A DNA stretch of 64,000 bases, taken from positions 124,001 through 188,000 of the IMG/VR virus record IMGVR_UViG_3300042367_000228; one strand, 5' to 3'. Positions 48,272 to 57,630 of this stretch are shown one piece after another. Below the pieces are notes generated by a model. That model saw nothing but the letters and a program-made list of their open reading frames with translations. It had not been told where the DNA came from and searched no databases. The stretch's first letter is position 1; the number at the start of each line of letters is the position of its first letter. The translations under genes and the position numbers were made by a program.

Positions 48272-49971
48272 TATTCATTCCGTTGTACATTCATTCCCTC
48301 CCGTGTAGCTTCGTATAGTGTTTTACCACATACTGTGATATCTTCACTTACACCAGTTATTAGTTGGAAATTAATTTTGTCACCTAGTTTAGCGTACTCA
48401 CGCGCTAATGTACCGCTAGCGTTATTAGTGTTATCTTTACGATTTCCACTACTAACAAATTTTAATACTACATGTTCCCTACCATTCGGACCGCGGGCAT
48501 AATCCGATGTGCGAGATGGGCCGCTATTCCAATTGTTAAGTGCAGATTCTAAACTGAGATTACCTGCACCTAATCTATCACTTCCTGCCACAAATGTCAT
48601 ATGTCTGTAACCTCTATCATATAACCAACATGCAGCTTGCCATGGATCTCTAACATATTCAGTTACCATAAAGTTAGAATAATCAGGATGAATCTTTTTA
48701 ATAAATTCAGTCTTAACATTATATTCTAATGGGTCACTTTTTGGATCATGCTTATTGCTTGCAAATATGTATGCATGTTCTTTTCCGAGTTCTACAGTTT
48801 GTTGTATAACGGTTTTATGTCCGACTGTAGGAGGATTCATTCTACCAAAGCAAAAAGTTGCCATTGGCATTTTACTTTTTATTTCAATTTCTTCAACAGA
48901 TACTTTATATTTAGAAAAATTAGCACGACTAAATTCTAATCGATTAACAATTTTTATTTTATTAGTACCGGCCCCGCAAACATAACCTTCATGACTTATA
49001 ATACTATTTATTACAGGTTGTACTGCACTGTATAGTTGTTGCTCGTCAATTTGTTGTTTAATATCTAATTTTAAATTAGAAATTGCACTCCATATCTCCC
49101 ATAGTCCGATAATACCGTTGTAAACATCTTTACGTATTTTCCCATTTGGTAAAAACAATTTAGAATGAGCAGATTGTGTGAGTCGAGGAGTAGTAAATTC
49201 GATAAATCGTTTAGCAATGTTAATAGAGAGATCTTCACTATTAATCATACTAGTGATAAATGGCCCCATTGCAGTAATTACACTTTTACATTTTAACTCA
49301 GTTAATTTAGCAATAGTAGCATCTACGTCGCTGGAATGTGTAGCAAGTGCAGTTTGTACAGCTTGCAGTAATACGCTGTTTATAACAACATTTGGCTGTT
49401 TCATCTCAGTTGCAATAAATGTAATATCCTTACAATCTGAAAATACATCAAAACCAGTAATCGGTTCATCTTCTGCAGTTAATCCGGAAATAAATGTATG
49501 TACTGCAATACCACCAATACTGCTAGCAATCGACTGCCCTAAATCACTAGTATGTTTAACTCTATATTCAACTGTGTTAGGTTTAAAGACGAACGAATCA
49601 CCGATACTTGCAGGAGTGTTAACCCATAGCAAATCTCCCATGTAATAAGTGTCAGTTATGTTTGGAATTATCTTGTCTAATGCAGGACGGAGAATGTCTT
49701 CCTTATCCCATAAATCATTGCGATCTATATTGCGGGTTAAGTCATATTCTCTAATTGAAGTAAATTCGAGGTTGCCTTTAGCAACTTGTTTGAACATGTG
49801 CTTATCAACAAGCACTAAAGTTCCATTTTTATCTCTACCAAAAACTATTGCAGGAAAGCCGTCCCACTTAATAGTTAATGTTGAAAGATTAATTAATTCA
49901 TTAACTGCTCGGTGAGCTCCTGCAGATCCTTCGTTAATAATAAGATCTTCAGGGTGTGCAATTCCTGCCAT
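48271..49971 (-). CDS. Fusion of a ligase-like nucleotidyltransferase domain (DUF6267-like) and an HxGH cytidylyl/NMN-adenylyltransferase-like domain
   Basis: N-terminal HPEDL, TIKWDGFPA, MGDLL, HEGYV, KIVNR; C-terminal FGRMNPPTVGH, AGSDR, SGT.AR. Confidence 0.65.
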   Translation of the reverse strand: MAGIAHPEDLIINEGSAGAHRAVNELINLSTLTIKWDGFPAIVFGRDKNGTLVLVDKHMFKQVAKGNLEFTSIREYDLTRNIDRNDLWDKEDILRPALDKIIPNITDTYYMGDLLWVNTPASIGDSFVFKPNTVEYRVKHTSDLGQSIASSIGGIAVHTFISGLTAEDEPITGFDVFSDCKDITFIATEMKQPNVVINSVLLQAVQTALATHSSDVDATIAKLTELKCKSVITAMGPFITSMINSEDLSINIAKRFIEFTTPRLTQSAHSKLFLPNGKIRKDVYNGIIGLWEIWSAISNLKLDIKQQIDEQQLYSAVQPVINSIISHEGYVCGAGTNKIKIVNRLEFSRANFSKYKVSVEEIEIKSKMPMATFCFGRMNPPTVGHKTVIQQTVELGKEHAYIFASNKHDPKSDPLEYNVKTEFIKKIHPDYSNFMVTEYVRDPWQAACWLYDRGYRHMTFVAGSDRLGAGNLSLESALNNWNSGPSRTSDYARGPNGREHVVLKFVSSGNRKDNTNNASGTLAREYAKLGDKINFQLITGVSEDITVCGKTLYEATREGMNVQRNE

Positions 49972-49995
49972 ATTGTTACCTATATAGTAAAAATG

Positions 49996-50370
49996 TTAGT
50001 TGTGATCGTAATGGCCATCTTCCATATCTTTAGAAATGTCGTTGAACAGTTTTTTACAAACTGCTCTCCATGATTTAGAATCAATGGTGTTTGGCAATTC
50101 ACGGATTGGATATTGTTTAATATACTCTTTATATCCTTTTGCTACTGCAGATTTAAAGATAGTGTACTTAATTTCTTTATCTGCTTTTTGCAAATCGATA
50201 AATTTGTGAATAGTAGGAAGTAAATGATGACGATATACATTGTCGTCATTGTTTAGATAAAACACTAAATCGTCAATTAAATCGTAATCAATTTCGTTAC
50301 CATCGTTAGTTTTTTTAATAAATTCCTCACTTTTAAAGTGAGCGTTTTCAAGTAAGTCTGTAATACGCAT
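49996..50370 (-). CDS. Putative internal head protein
   Basis: MRITDLLE start; TATAAATA upstream. Confidence 0.55.
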   Translation of the reverse strand: MRITDLLENAHFKSEEFIKKTNDGNEIDYDLIDDLVFYLNNDDNVYRHHLLPTIHKFIDLQKADKEIKYTIFKSAVAKGYKEYIKQYPIRELPNTIDSKSWRAVCKKLFNDISKDMEDGHYDHN

Positions 50371-50400
50371 GTTATGTTCCAGGTTATTAGTATATTTATA

Positions 50401-51021
50401 CTAATTAAGGATCCGCTCAACAGTTAAATTAACGTTGCCTAGATGCAATCGTACAAACAACAAATTGCGTTCACCAGTAACGTAAAGTTGAGTACCTGAA
50501 TTATAAATGCCAGGTGATACTAAATTAGATTTAGTACGAGGTTGTAACTTTATATTTTTATTACCTTCTGCCCATTCAACAAATTCTGTATTAATATTAG
50601 TAATAGAACCTAATGTAACACGAAATTCATATGGAGTATCAGGCATGTAAACCATACCTTTTTCTAAACCTTCTGCCGGCAAACCGATTGATACGATTAT
50701 GTTTTCAGGAACGGCGTTCATTAAACCTAAAATATCATCATAGTTATTAGTATAAACATGCAATCTTGGTTGTTCAAACCTAGTTGCAAAATTTTCCATA
50801 TCCATTATATATTCGTATATTTGAGGTAACAAACTAAATTCATCTTTTATATGCGTCCATCTCGGTTTTATACCTTGATTCATAGTATAGTTAAACTCTT
50901 GAGTGTACTTGCGTTTGTCTTTACCTCGAAATATATCCCCGTTCCAAAGACGGAGTACAATGTTGTACTTGTACTCGCCTTTGTACAGTTTCTTAACAGT
51001 GTTATACACTGACATGGTCAA
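50401..51021 (-). CDS. Hypothetical protein
   Basis: 206 aa overlapping the clpA stop. Confidence 0.55.
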   Translation of the reverse strand: MTMSVYNTVKKLYKGEYKYNIVLRLWNGDIFRGKDKRKYTQEFNYTMNQGIKPRWTHIKDEFSLLPQIYEYIMDMENFATRFEQPRLHVYTNNYDDILGLMNAVPENIIVSIGLPAEGLEKGMVYMPDTPYEFRVTLGSITNINTEFVEWAEGNKNIKLQPRTKSNLVSPGIYNSGTQLYVTGERNLLFVRLHLGNVNLTVERILN

Positions 51022-53284
51022 TCTCTAATTTGTTAAGTGTAATTGCAGGTACTTTAGGGGTTTTCGGTTTAGCAATAAGTGCAATTTTATCATCAGTGAC
51101 ACTAATTGTTAACCAGCCACCATTTTTAAGATCACCGAACAACATCATTTTAGCAAGATCACGTTTGATCTCTTTATCAATTACACGATGTAATGGTCTA
51201 GCACCCATCTTAGGATCAAATCCTTTTTCTAACAACCAGTTAGTTGCAGTTTTGTCAATCTTAATACGAATACCTTTATCTTTAACTTGTTCACGTACTT
51301 CATCGATAAACTTGTTAATAACTTTAACCATAGAGTCTTTACTTAACTTATTAAACGTAATAACACCGTCTAACCTGTTACGGAACTCAGGCGATAAAAA
51401 CTTCTTAAGATCTGCATCCGAGTAGTCTTTTTCTTGAGTACCAAAGCCAATCTGATTCTTTTCTGCAGATTGCGCACCTGCATTAGTAGTTAAAATTAAC
51501 ACAATGTGACGACAATCAGCTTGTTTACCATTTGATCCAGTAACAAACCCGTTATCCATCATCTGTAGTAATACAGTAGATACATCGGGATGTGATTTTT
51601 CGATCTCATCAAATAATAATACAGCGTTAGGATTCTCTTGAATTTGTGTAATTAACAACCCTGCATTGTCTTCAAAACCTACATAACCTGGAGGACTACC
51701 GATCAGTTTACTAATACTGTGTTTCTCTTGATACTCTGACATATCAAAACGCAATAATTTAGTATTCAAATGTTTAGCAAGTGCTTTAGCAGTTTCGGTT
51801 TTACCACAACCTGTAGGACCCATAAACACAAAGCTACCGATTGGTTTGTTTTCTGGTTTTAAGCCTGCTTGTGCAACCATAATTTTGTCAACAATTTCGG
51901 TTAATGCAGTATCCTGACCATACACTTCAGCTTCAAGTTTTTCTTGTAGAGTAACTAGTGCAGTAGTTTCAGTTTGCATAATTTGCTCAACTGGCATATT
52001 AATCATTTTAGCTAATTCAAATTGAATTTCAGCTTCAGTAACTACTCGTTCGTCAGCAAGTTTTAAATTAAAGCGTGAACATGCACAATCGATTAGGTCA
52101 ATAGCTTTGTCCGGTAGCTTTTTATCAGCTTGATATTTTACTGAAAGTTTAATCGACGCTTGCAATGCATCATCTTTGATTTTAAGTTTATGATGCCCTT
52201 CGTAATACTTCTTAATACCTTTAAGAATCTGCAAAGTCATTTCCTGTGTAGGCTCGTCAACTGTAATACGTTGGAATCTACGCATCAATGCACGATCTTT
52301 TTCAAAGTGTTTGCGATATTCATCCCATGTAGTAGATGCAATAACTTTAATATTACCTTTACTAAGAGCAGGTTTCATCATGTTAGCTAAATCATTAGAA
52401 GAATTACCAGATGCACCTGCACCACTAATCATATGTGCTTCGTCGATAAACAATACACACTTGCCTAACTTTTGTAGAGATTTAATAACTGATTTGAAGC
52501 GTTCTTCAAAGTCGCCACGGTATTTAGAACCAGCTAACATAGCAGCAATATCTAAATTATAAACAGTATAATCTGTTAAAAATTCAGGAACTGCGCCTTG
52601 TACGATGTTATATGCAAGGCCTTCTGCAATTGCAGTTTTACCTACGCCTGGATCGCCTACTAAAATAACATTATTTTTGTTACGACGACCTAGTGCTAAT
52701 GAAATATGCTCAAGTTCATCAACACGACCGATAACTGGGTCAATTTTGTTCTGCTTAACTTCTTCGTTTAAGTTAGTAGTGTAAGCTTGAAGTGCTTTAT
52801 TGTTAACAGGCGACGATTTAACTGATTCGGTAGTAATATCGTCATCGTCGGCTACGTTAACTAAGTATTCGTTAAATTTTTCCTTAGAAATATTTACTTG
52901 CGATACGTAATAAAACGCCCATGATCTTTTTTCACCTAACATTGCTAGGAAAAAATCAACAGGCTGAATCTTTTGTCCGCCGTTAAACAACACTTGGGTA
53001 AATGCACGATTTAATGATCGTTCAACTGCTTGTGTTTTTTTAGGTTTAACTACTACTTCGGGTGTAGTAATCTCATGACATTTAGTTTGCAGATGATCTA
53101 AAACTAAATTTTTAAGATACACAGTGTCTGCGCCATACCCTTGAATAGTATTAGCAAATTGTTCATCTTCCATGAGCATCGAAAACAACACATGCTCAAG
53201 AGTAACATATTCGTGATGCATGTTTTTTGCAGCAGTAATAGCTTTGTCAAAAATAGTTTGTAGTTTTTCGCTTGGTTCAACCAT
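51002..53284 (-). CDS. clpA: ClpA-type AAA+ unfoldase
   Basis: Clp-N HEYVTLEH; two NBDs (GDPGVGKT, GPTGCGKT); KYRGDFEER; GYVG pore loop; IGF loop; no ClpB-type M domain apparent at 760 aa. Confidence 0.92.
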   Translation of the reverse strand: MVEPSEKLQTIFDKAITAAKNMHHEYVTLEHVLFSMLMEDEQFANTIQGYGADTVYLKNLVLDHLQTKCHEITTPEVVVKPKKTQAVERSLNRAFTQVLFNGGQKIQPVDFFLAMLGEKRSWAFYYVSQVNISKEKFNEYLVNVADDDDITTESVKSSPVNNKALQAYTTNLNEEVKQNKIDPVIGRVDELEHISLALGRRNKNNVILVGDPGVGKTAIAEGLAYNIVQGAVPEFLTDYTVYNLDIAAMLAGSKYRGDFEERFKSVIKSLQKLGKCVLFIDEAHMISGAGASGNSSNDLANMMKPALSKGNIKVIASTTWDEYRKHFEKDRALMRRFQRITVDEPTQEMTLQILKGIKKYYEGHHKLKIKDDALQASIKLSVKYQADKKLPDKAIDLIDCACSRFNLKLADERVVTEAEIQFELAKMINMPVEQIMQTETTALVTLQEKLEAEVYGQDTALTEIVDKIMVAQAGLKPENKPIGSFVFMGPTGCGKTETAKALAKHLNTKLLRFDMSEYQEKHSISKLIGSPPGYVGFEDNAGLLITQIQENPNAVLLFDEIEKSHPDVSTVLLQMMDNGFVTGSNGKQADCRHIVLILTTNAGAQSAEKNQIGFGTQEKDYSDADLKKFLSPEFRNRLDGVITFNKLSKDSMVKVINKFIDEVREQVKDKGIRIKIDKTATNWLLEKGFDPKMGARPLHRVIDKEIKRDLAKMMLFGDLKNGGWLTISVTDDKIALIAKPKTPKVPAITLNKLEIDHVSV

Positions 53285-53318
53285 ATTAGTAGCTCCTTGT
53301 AGTATTAAATAAAGTTAT

Positions 53319-53346
53319 ATTATACACTATTTTATAATAATGTCAA
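53319..53346 (-). promoter_or_regulatory. sigma70-type promoter
   Basis: TTGACA-16-TATAAT upstream of clpA. Confidence 0.7.
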
Positions 53347-54176
53347 CTTAATTGGCTTTGTATTTGCTGTAACTGTGCTACTAATACAGGATCTGTAACT
53401 GATACTGGAGCAATTTTAATAACAGTAACAAATCTTCCAGTTTGTTTACTGTGTAAATTAGTAAACCCTGCGCCTGCCTTTGCAAATTCTGTTCCTGATT
53501 CAACACCTGGCCTAATTGGCATTTGAACAGTATCGCCTGTTATTGTTTTAACAGTTTTAGTACATCCAATCATTGCTTCGATTGGGGAAATGTCTAATGT
53601 TGTATATAAATCATTTCCTTCTCGTCTAAAATTACGGTCAGGTAGTATATGTACAGTTACATTAAGATTCCCGCGTGGAACATTAGGTATCGAATCGTCA
53701 CCTAATCCATTATATCTAATAGTATCACCGTGGTCAATACCTGCAGGAACATTAATGTTTACAGTCTGCGGTCGACCACTCGGTAACGTAAACGTAGCAT
53801 CTACTTGTTTTCCATTAAACGATTCGACTAATGTTACTTGAACTTGTAGATTTAAGTCTCTGTTACGTTGTTGTCTAAATCCATTGCCAAACATATTTGT
53901 AAAATGTGCATGTTGACCAAACATATCGTTCATGTCAAAATGGAAATGTTGTCCACCGCCAAAGCCACCAAAGTGATGACCGCTTTGTTGCATATCGTAT
54001 TCTTGACGTTTTTGTGGATCACTTAGTGTGTCATATGCTACGGAGATATCTTTAAAGGTTTCGGGAGAACCGCCTTTGTCTGGGTGATGTTTGTTTGCTA
54101 ATGAACGATATGCTTTTTTAATATCGTCCTGTGATGCGTCTTGCGACACACCTAATTTTGAATAAAAGTCTGTCAT
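53343..54176 (-). CDS. dnaJ: Class B J-domain protein (DnaJ/CbpA-like, no Zn finger)
   Basis: HHPDKGG J domain, G/F region, DnaJ C-terminal domain. Confidence 0.88.
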   Translation of the reverse strand: MTDFYSKLGVSQDASQDDIKKAYRSLANKHHPDKGGSPETFKDISVAYDTLSDPQKRQEYDMQQSGHHFGGFGGGQHFHFDMNDMFGQHAHFTNMFGNGFRQQRNRDLNLQVQVTLVESFNGKQVDATFTLPSGRPQTVNINVPAGIDHGDTIRYNGLGDDSIPNVPRGNLNVTVHILPDRNFRREGNDLYTTLDISPIEAMIGCTKTVKTITGDTVQMPIRPGVESGTEFAKAGAGFTNLHSKQTGRFVTVIKIAPVSVTDPVLVAQLQQIQSQLS

Positions 54177-54193
54177 GATTAATCTCTCATAAT

Positions 54194-54243
54194 AAAAGGT
54201 CAGTTAGTATAGTAATTATACTATACTAAGACTGACCTGTCAA
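54194..54243 (-). promoter_or_regulatory. Consensus sigma70 promoter embedded in a terminator-like hairpin
   Basis: TTGACA-17-TATAAT (54243-54215) lies within a ~17-bp inverted repeat followed by TTTT. Confidence 0.75.
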
Positions 54244-54251
54244 TATTTTGA

Positions 54252-54485
54252 TTATTTACGTTTTTTAACTACTTTTTTTGGAGCTGGTTTTACAACTGGT
54301 TTTTTAGGTGGAACTTTTTTACCTTCAAACTTCTTATGAACTTTGATAGTTTTACATTGTTTCTTACCTTTTACAGTTTTGCAAACTTCTTTAGTAGTTG
54401 GACCAACGTGTCCTTCTTCATGATTAGCATAAGCAACTGGAGCTGCTAACATGCTAATAATAATTAATGATAATAGTTTTTTCAT
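54252..54485 (-). CDS. Small secreted basic protein
   Basis: Signal peptide (..PVAYA), Cys pair, Lys/Pro-rich tail. Confidence 0.55.
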   Translation of the reverse strand: MKKLLSLIIISMLAAPVAYANHEEGHVGPTTKEVCKTVKGKKQCKTIKVHKKFEGKKVPPKKPVVKPAPKKVVKKRK

Positions 54486-54496
54486 ATTGTTTCCTT

Positions 54497-54961
54497 TTAT
54501 GATTTTGGAATTGGTTTGCCTGCAGGGCGTTTTCTTGCCACTTTAGGAGCTTCTTGTACAACAGGTTCTGGAGCTGTTTCGACTACAGGTTCTGGAATAA
54601 CAACCGGTGCAGGAGCAGGCGGTGTATAAACCGGTGCAGGTGCAGGCGCATACGCAGGAGCAGGTGCTGCAGGCGGTGGTGTAAAGCTGCTAAAATCAGG
54701 TAAACTCGGACCAGCAATTTTTTCTTGTGTACGACCGTGTGCTGAGATACCTAATACAACACCCATTGCAATGTGATAAAGACCACCACCTTGTAATGTT
54801 AATGGTTGCCACATGTCTAAGTTTTGTCCAGGGTTATAATATTGCAACATGTTGTATAAAATCGGTCCTACAATAAAGTCAAACAAACATGTTGCCATGT
54901 AAGTCATTGCCATCATTGGGCGCCAGTATTTTGTCATAAAATCCTCTTTGTTTTCTTCCAT
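54497..54961 (-). CDS. Holin (GTA 3TM-like)
   Basis: WRPMMA..Y...CLFDF, WQPLTLQGGGLYH.AMG.VLG..A.GRTQEK; located in the lysis cluster. Confidence 0.7.
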   Translation of the reverse strand: MEENKEDFMTKYWRPMMAMTYMATCLFDFIVGPILYNMLQYYNPGQNLDMWQPLTLQGGGLYHIAMGVVLGISAHGRTQEKIAGPSLPDFSSFTPPPAAPAPAYAPAPAPVYTPPAPAPVVIPEPVVETAPEPVVQEAPKVARKRPAGKPIPKS

Positions 54962-54976
54962 TTACGTTCCTTGTAT

Positions 54977-55249
54977 TTAAATTGCTTTTGCTGCTGTTGA
55001 TGCAATTGTGATTGCAGTGTTTATAATTTTGTTTAATTCTGTTTGTGCGTTAAGTGCGGCTGCATCTTCTACAATAATCCCTGTCGTAGAAATGTCTGAT
55101 AACAATTCTTCATATTCTGAAGCACTAATTGTTCCATTTTGGTAATCTTCTGTCAATGATTTAAGTTCTGCTGCTGCATCTGCAAGAGCGTGACTTTTAA
55201 CAGTATCATATCCACTTAAACTATTTAAAATATCTTGTGTACTACTCAT
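54977..55249 (-). CDS. Hypothetical helical protein
   Basis: 90 aa, operonic. Confidence 0.5.
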   Translation of the reverse strand: MSSTQDILNSLSGYDTVKSHALADAAAELKSLTEDYQNGTISASEYEELLSDISTTGIIVEDAAALNAQTELNKIINTAITIASTAAKAI

Positions 55250-55650
55250 CGTGGTTTACCTCCTATTGTTTGGGCAATTGTAGTTGCCGCTTTTGTTAAA
55301 ATATCCATTTTTTGTTTACAATAAGCTTCACTTATTTTTTCTGTTTTATGATATCGTACATGTAATGGTTCAGTTAAATCCATTAATGATTCTGATAATT
55401 TTATAGTAGCTTTGTTTTCTGGTATAAATTCAGCATAGTTTTTAAATTCAATACTTTTTAAATATATACGATCTACAATAGGAACCATCTGTTGTTGGTT
55501 GCTACAAAACTCCGAGCCTATTTGAGAAAGGCTACGAACGTCATTAATCAATTGATATTCGTTTTGATCAAATTTTGCCATAAAATACGCATCCATTGCT
55601 GCACAACCAGATAGCATACTAAGTATAATAATTGCTAATACTTTTTTCAT
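55246..55650 (-). CDS. Lipoprotein
   Basis: Lipobox MKKVLAIIILSMLSGC. Confidence 0.7.
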   Translation of the reverse strand: MKKVLAIIILSMLSGCAAMDAYFMAKFDQNEYQLINDVRSLSQIGSEFCSNQQQMVPIVDRIYLKSIEFKNYAEFIPENKATIKLSESLMDLTEPLHVRYHKTEKISEAYCKQKMDILTKAATTIAQTIGGKPR

Positions 55651-55946
55651 TTTACGTCCTCATATATTTTCTTTTGTTGCTTGTACCAATCTTGCCATGC
55701 AAGATATCGTTCTCGTAGTTCATAGTAAGAACCGTAATTCTCACTAGCATTTTCTAATATATCGCTTAGTTCTGGTTTAGTTTGAGATAATGTCTTTAAC
55801 GTTGGCGCCGGCTCCATCAAGGATGGAGGTACCTGCGGGAAGCTCATTGTTAACGGCACTGTTGTAGAGCACCCTTGCAACATCAGGAACAGTACACTCG
55901 GCGTTAATAATCTCTTTGTGTTCTTGGATAATCTTTTTAGTCGCAT
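55647..55946 (-). CDS. o-spanin (Rz1-like lipoprotein)
   Basis: Lipobox LQGC; Pro-rich; overlaps the 3' end of the i-spanin in another frame. Confidence 0.75.
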   Translation of the reverse strand: MRLKRLSKNTKRLLTPSVLFLMLQGCSTTVPLTMSFPQVPPSLMEPAPTLKTLSQTKPELSDILENASENYGSYYELRERYLAWQDWYKQQKKIYEDVK

Positions 55947-56277
55947 ATACTTTTTCCTTGATAACTTTTACTTTTTCTACTACACGAGTTTCTATTTGAA
56001 CATTAACTTCGTGTGACTGAGCTTCTGCTTCTGCTATTTTTTGTTCAAGTTCTGCTACACGGTTACGCCATTCCATTTCAACACCATATCCGCCTTTAAA
56101 ATATACACCAGCAACTAACAAAATTGTTGATATTATATTTAACAATAATTTGTAATGATCTAAGAATGGAATAAACTTAATAAAAAATCCTGCTACGGTA
56201 CCGATAGCACCGAGTAGCAGGATTGTATTAACCGCCCAAAGTAAATATGAATCAGGGAGGAAATGTAAGATAAACAT
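55777..56277 (-). CDS. i-spanin (Rz-like)
   Basis: N-terminal TM helices, coiled coil, C-terminal Cys; downstream of the endolysin. Confidence 0.72.
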   Translation of the reverse strand: MFILHFLPDSYLLWAVNTILLLGAIGTVAGFFIKFIPFLDHYKLLLNIISTILLVAGVYFKGGYGVEMEWRNRVAELEQKIAEAEAQSHEVNVQIETRVVEKVKVIKEKVYATKKIIQEHKEIINAECTVPDVARVLYNSAVNNELPAGTSILDGAGANVKDIISN

Positions 56278-56897
56278 TATGCACTCAATACTTTGATTGC
56301 ATTAGCATAGTGATGTTTACGGTCTTCAATTCCAATAGTTCCGCCATTAATTCTTTTTGTAAGTGTAATGATGTCACCTTTATCTGCCCATTGGTTTAAG
56401 TTATTAGTTTCCCAAAACCAGCAAGCACTTTGTACAGCACCTTCAAATGTTTCTAAGTATTCAATAGCTTCGTCAATTTCCATTTCTAAACTTTCAGCAA
56501 AGCGTGTGTAGTTGTCTTTACCTGTTAATTGGATAAGACCACGTCCGCAGAATTTATAACCTTCGCCTGTAGATTCGTCTCCATTGCCCATACGTCCGCC
56601 ATACACTTTACTTGCAATTTTTTCCGGTTTACCTGCATATGATTCTGCTAATGCTGCAGTTGGAAAGTATTTAGGAAACACTTTTTGCAAAGTAGCTGCT
56701 TTGTAGTTTAAGTTTTCTTTCAATGCAGTGTAGTTACCGCTTTCGTGTGCAGTTTGAGCAAGGAATGCTGCAACACGTTCTGGTGTGTTAATATCGTATT
56801 CTGGTAAAATAGACGATAGTGCATCATACCATTCTGAAATATATGAGTTACCTGGAATAATTTTTGCTAAGTGTGCTTCTGTAAATGTAAATGCCAT
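56277..56897 (-). CDS. GH19 endolysin
   Basis: AAFLAQTAHES, ENLNY, GRGLIQLTGKDNY, SACWFW, TKRINGG. Confidence 0.9.
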   Translation of the reverse strand: MAFTFTEAHLAKIIPGNSYISEWYDALSSILPEYDINTPERVAAFLAQTAHESGNYTALKENLNYKAATLQKVFPKYFPTAALAESYAGKPEKIASKVYGGRMGNGDESTGEGYKFCGRGLIQLTGKDNYTRFAESLEMEIDEAIEYLETFEGAVQSACWFWETNNLNQWADKGDIITLTKRINGGTIGIEDRKHHYANAIKVLSA

Positions 56898-57628
56898 TAT
56901 TTTTTCTCCAATGCTACAGCCCATCCGCTGTTTTCAAATATAAATGTATTACCAACTTTGGTAATATTGTAATTGCCAATGCGTTTTGTAAAGTACATTA
57001 CTTCTGCAATTGCACTTCCTTCTAACATGATTGGACCTTGTATATAACTATATACCTCTGGCTTAGGTCCGCTAGTGATAATATCAAATTTTAACGAATC
57101 ACTCCACTGATTTTTAAATGTAATCGATTCATCAAGTACACTAACTTCTGAAAAACTTTCTTTAAAAAAGTTACTGAAATTATCTAGACCTTGTTTTTTA
57201 GTTGCTTCCTCATAATCTTCTTGATTGCAAGGAATATGTTTAGTTAAATTTTTTAAATTTGCATCGTAACTTTTAAAATTTTTAAAATAACGGAATTTCA
57301 TATCAGGAATTCCTGTAAGTTTTTCAATTCCGTTTAGTAATTCTAAAATAGTCTCAGGTGCGTGTCGTGTACGTTCAATTTCGATGAATACTTTGTAATT
57401 GCCATCGTCTGTTTCTCCCGGACTAACGTCTGCATCTAGTACAGAGTCATACCCCATTTCAACAAAGTTTTCTAAATCTTTTGCAGGATCTTCGTGATCA
57501 ACAGTAAATGACAATACGATAACATCTTCGTCATCACCAATTTTACTTTTATATGCATCGATTTCAAATATACGATTCACTAAATGTTTAAGATCGGTTG
57601 CGTGTAAACTTTCGTTAATCATATTCAT
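56897..57628 (-). CDS. Hypothetical protein
   Basis: 243 aa with IDAYKSKIG.DED..VLSF, LDADVS and YKVFIEIER. Confidence 0.6.
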   Translation of the reverse strand: MNMINESLHATDLKHLVNRIFEIDAYKSKIGDDEDVIVLSFTVDHEDPAKDLENFVEMGYDSVLDADVSPGETDDGNYKVFIEIERTRHAPETILELLNGIEKLTGIPDMKFRYFKNFKSYDANLKNLTKHIPCNQEDYEEATKKQGLDNFSNFFKESFSEVSVLDESITFKNQWSDSLKFDIITSGPKPEVYSYIQGPIMLEGSAIAEVMYFTKRIGNYNITKVGNTFIFENSGWAVALEKK

Positions 57629-57630
57629 CC

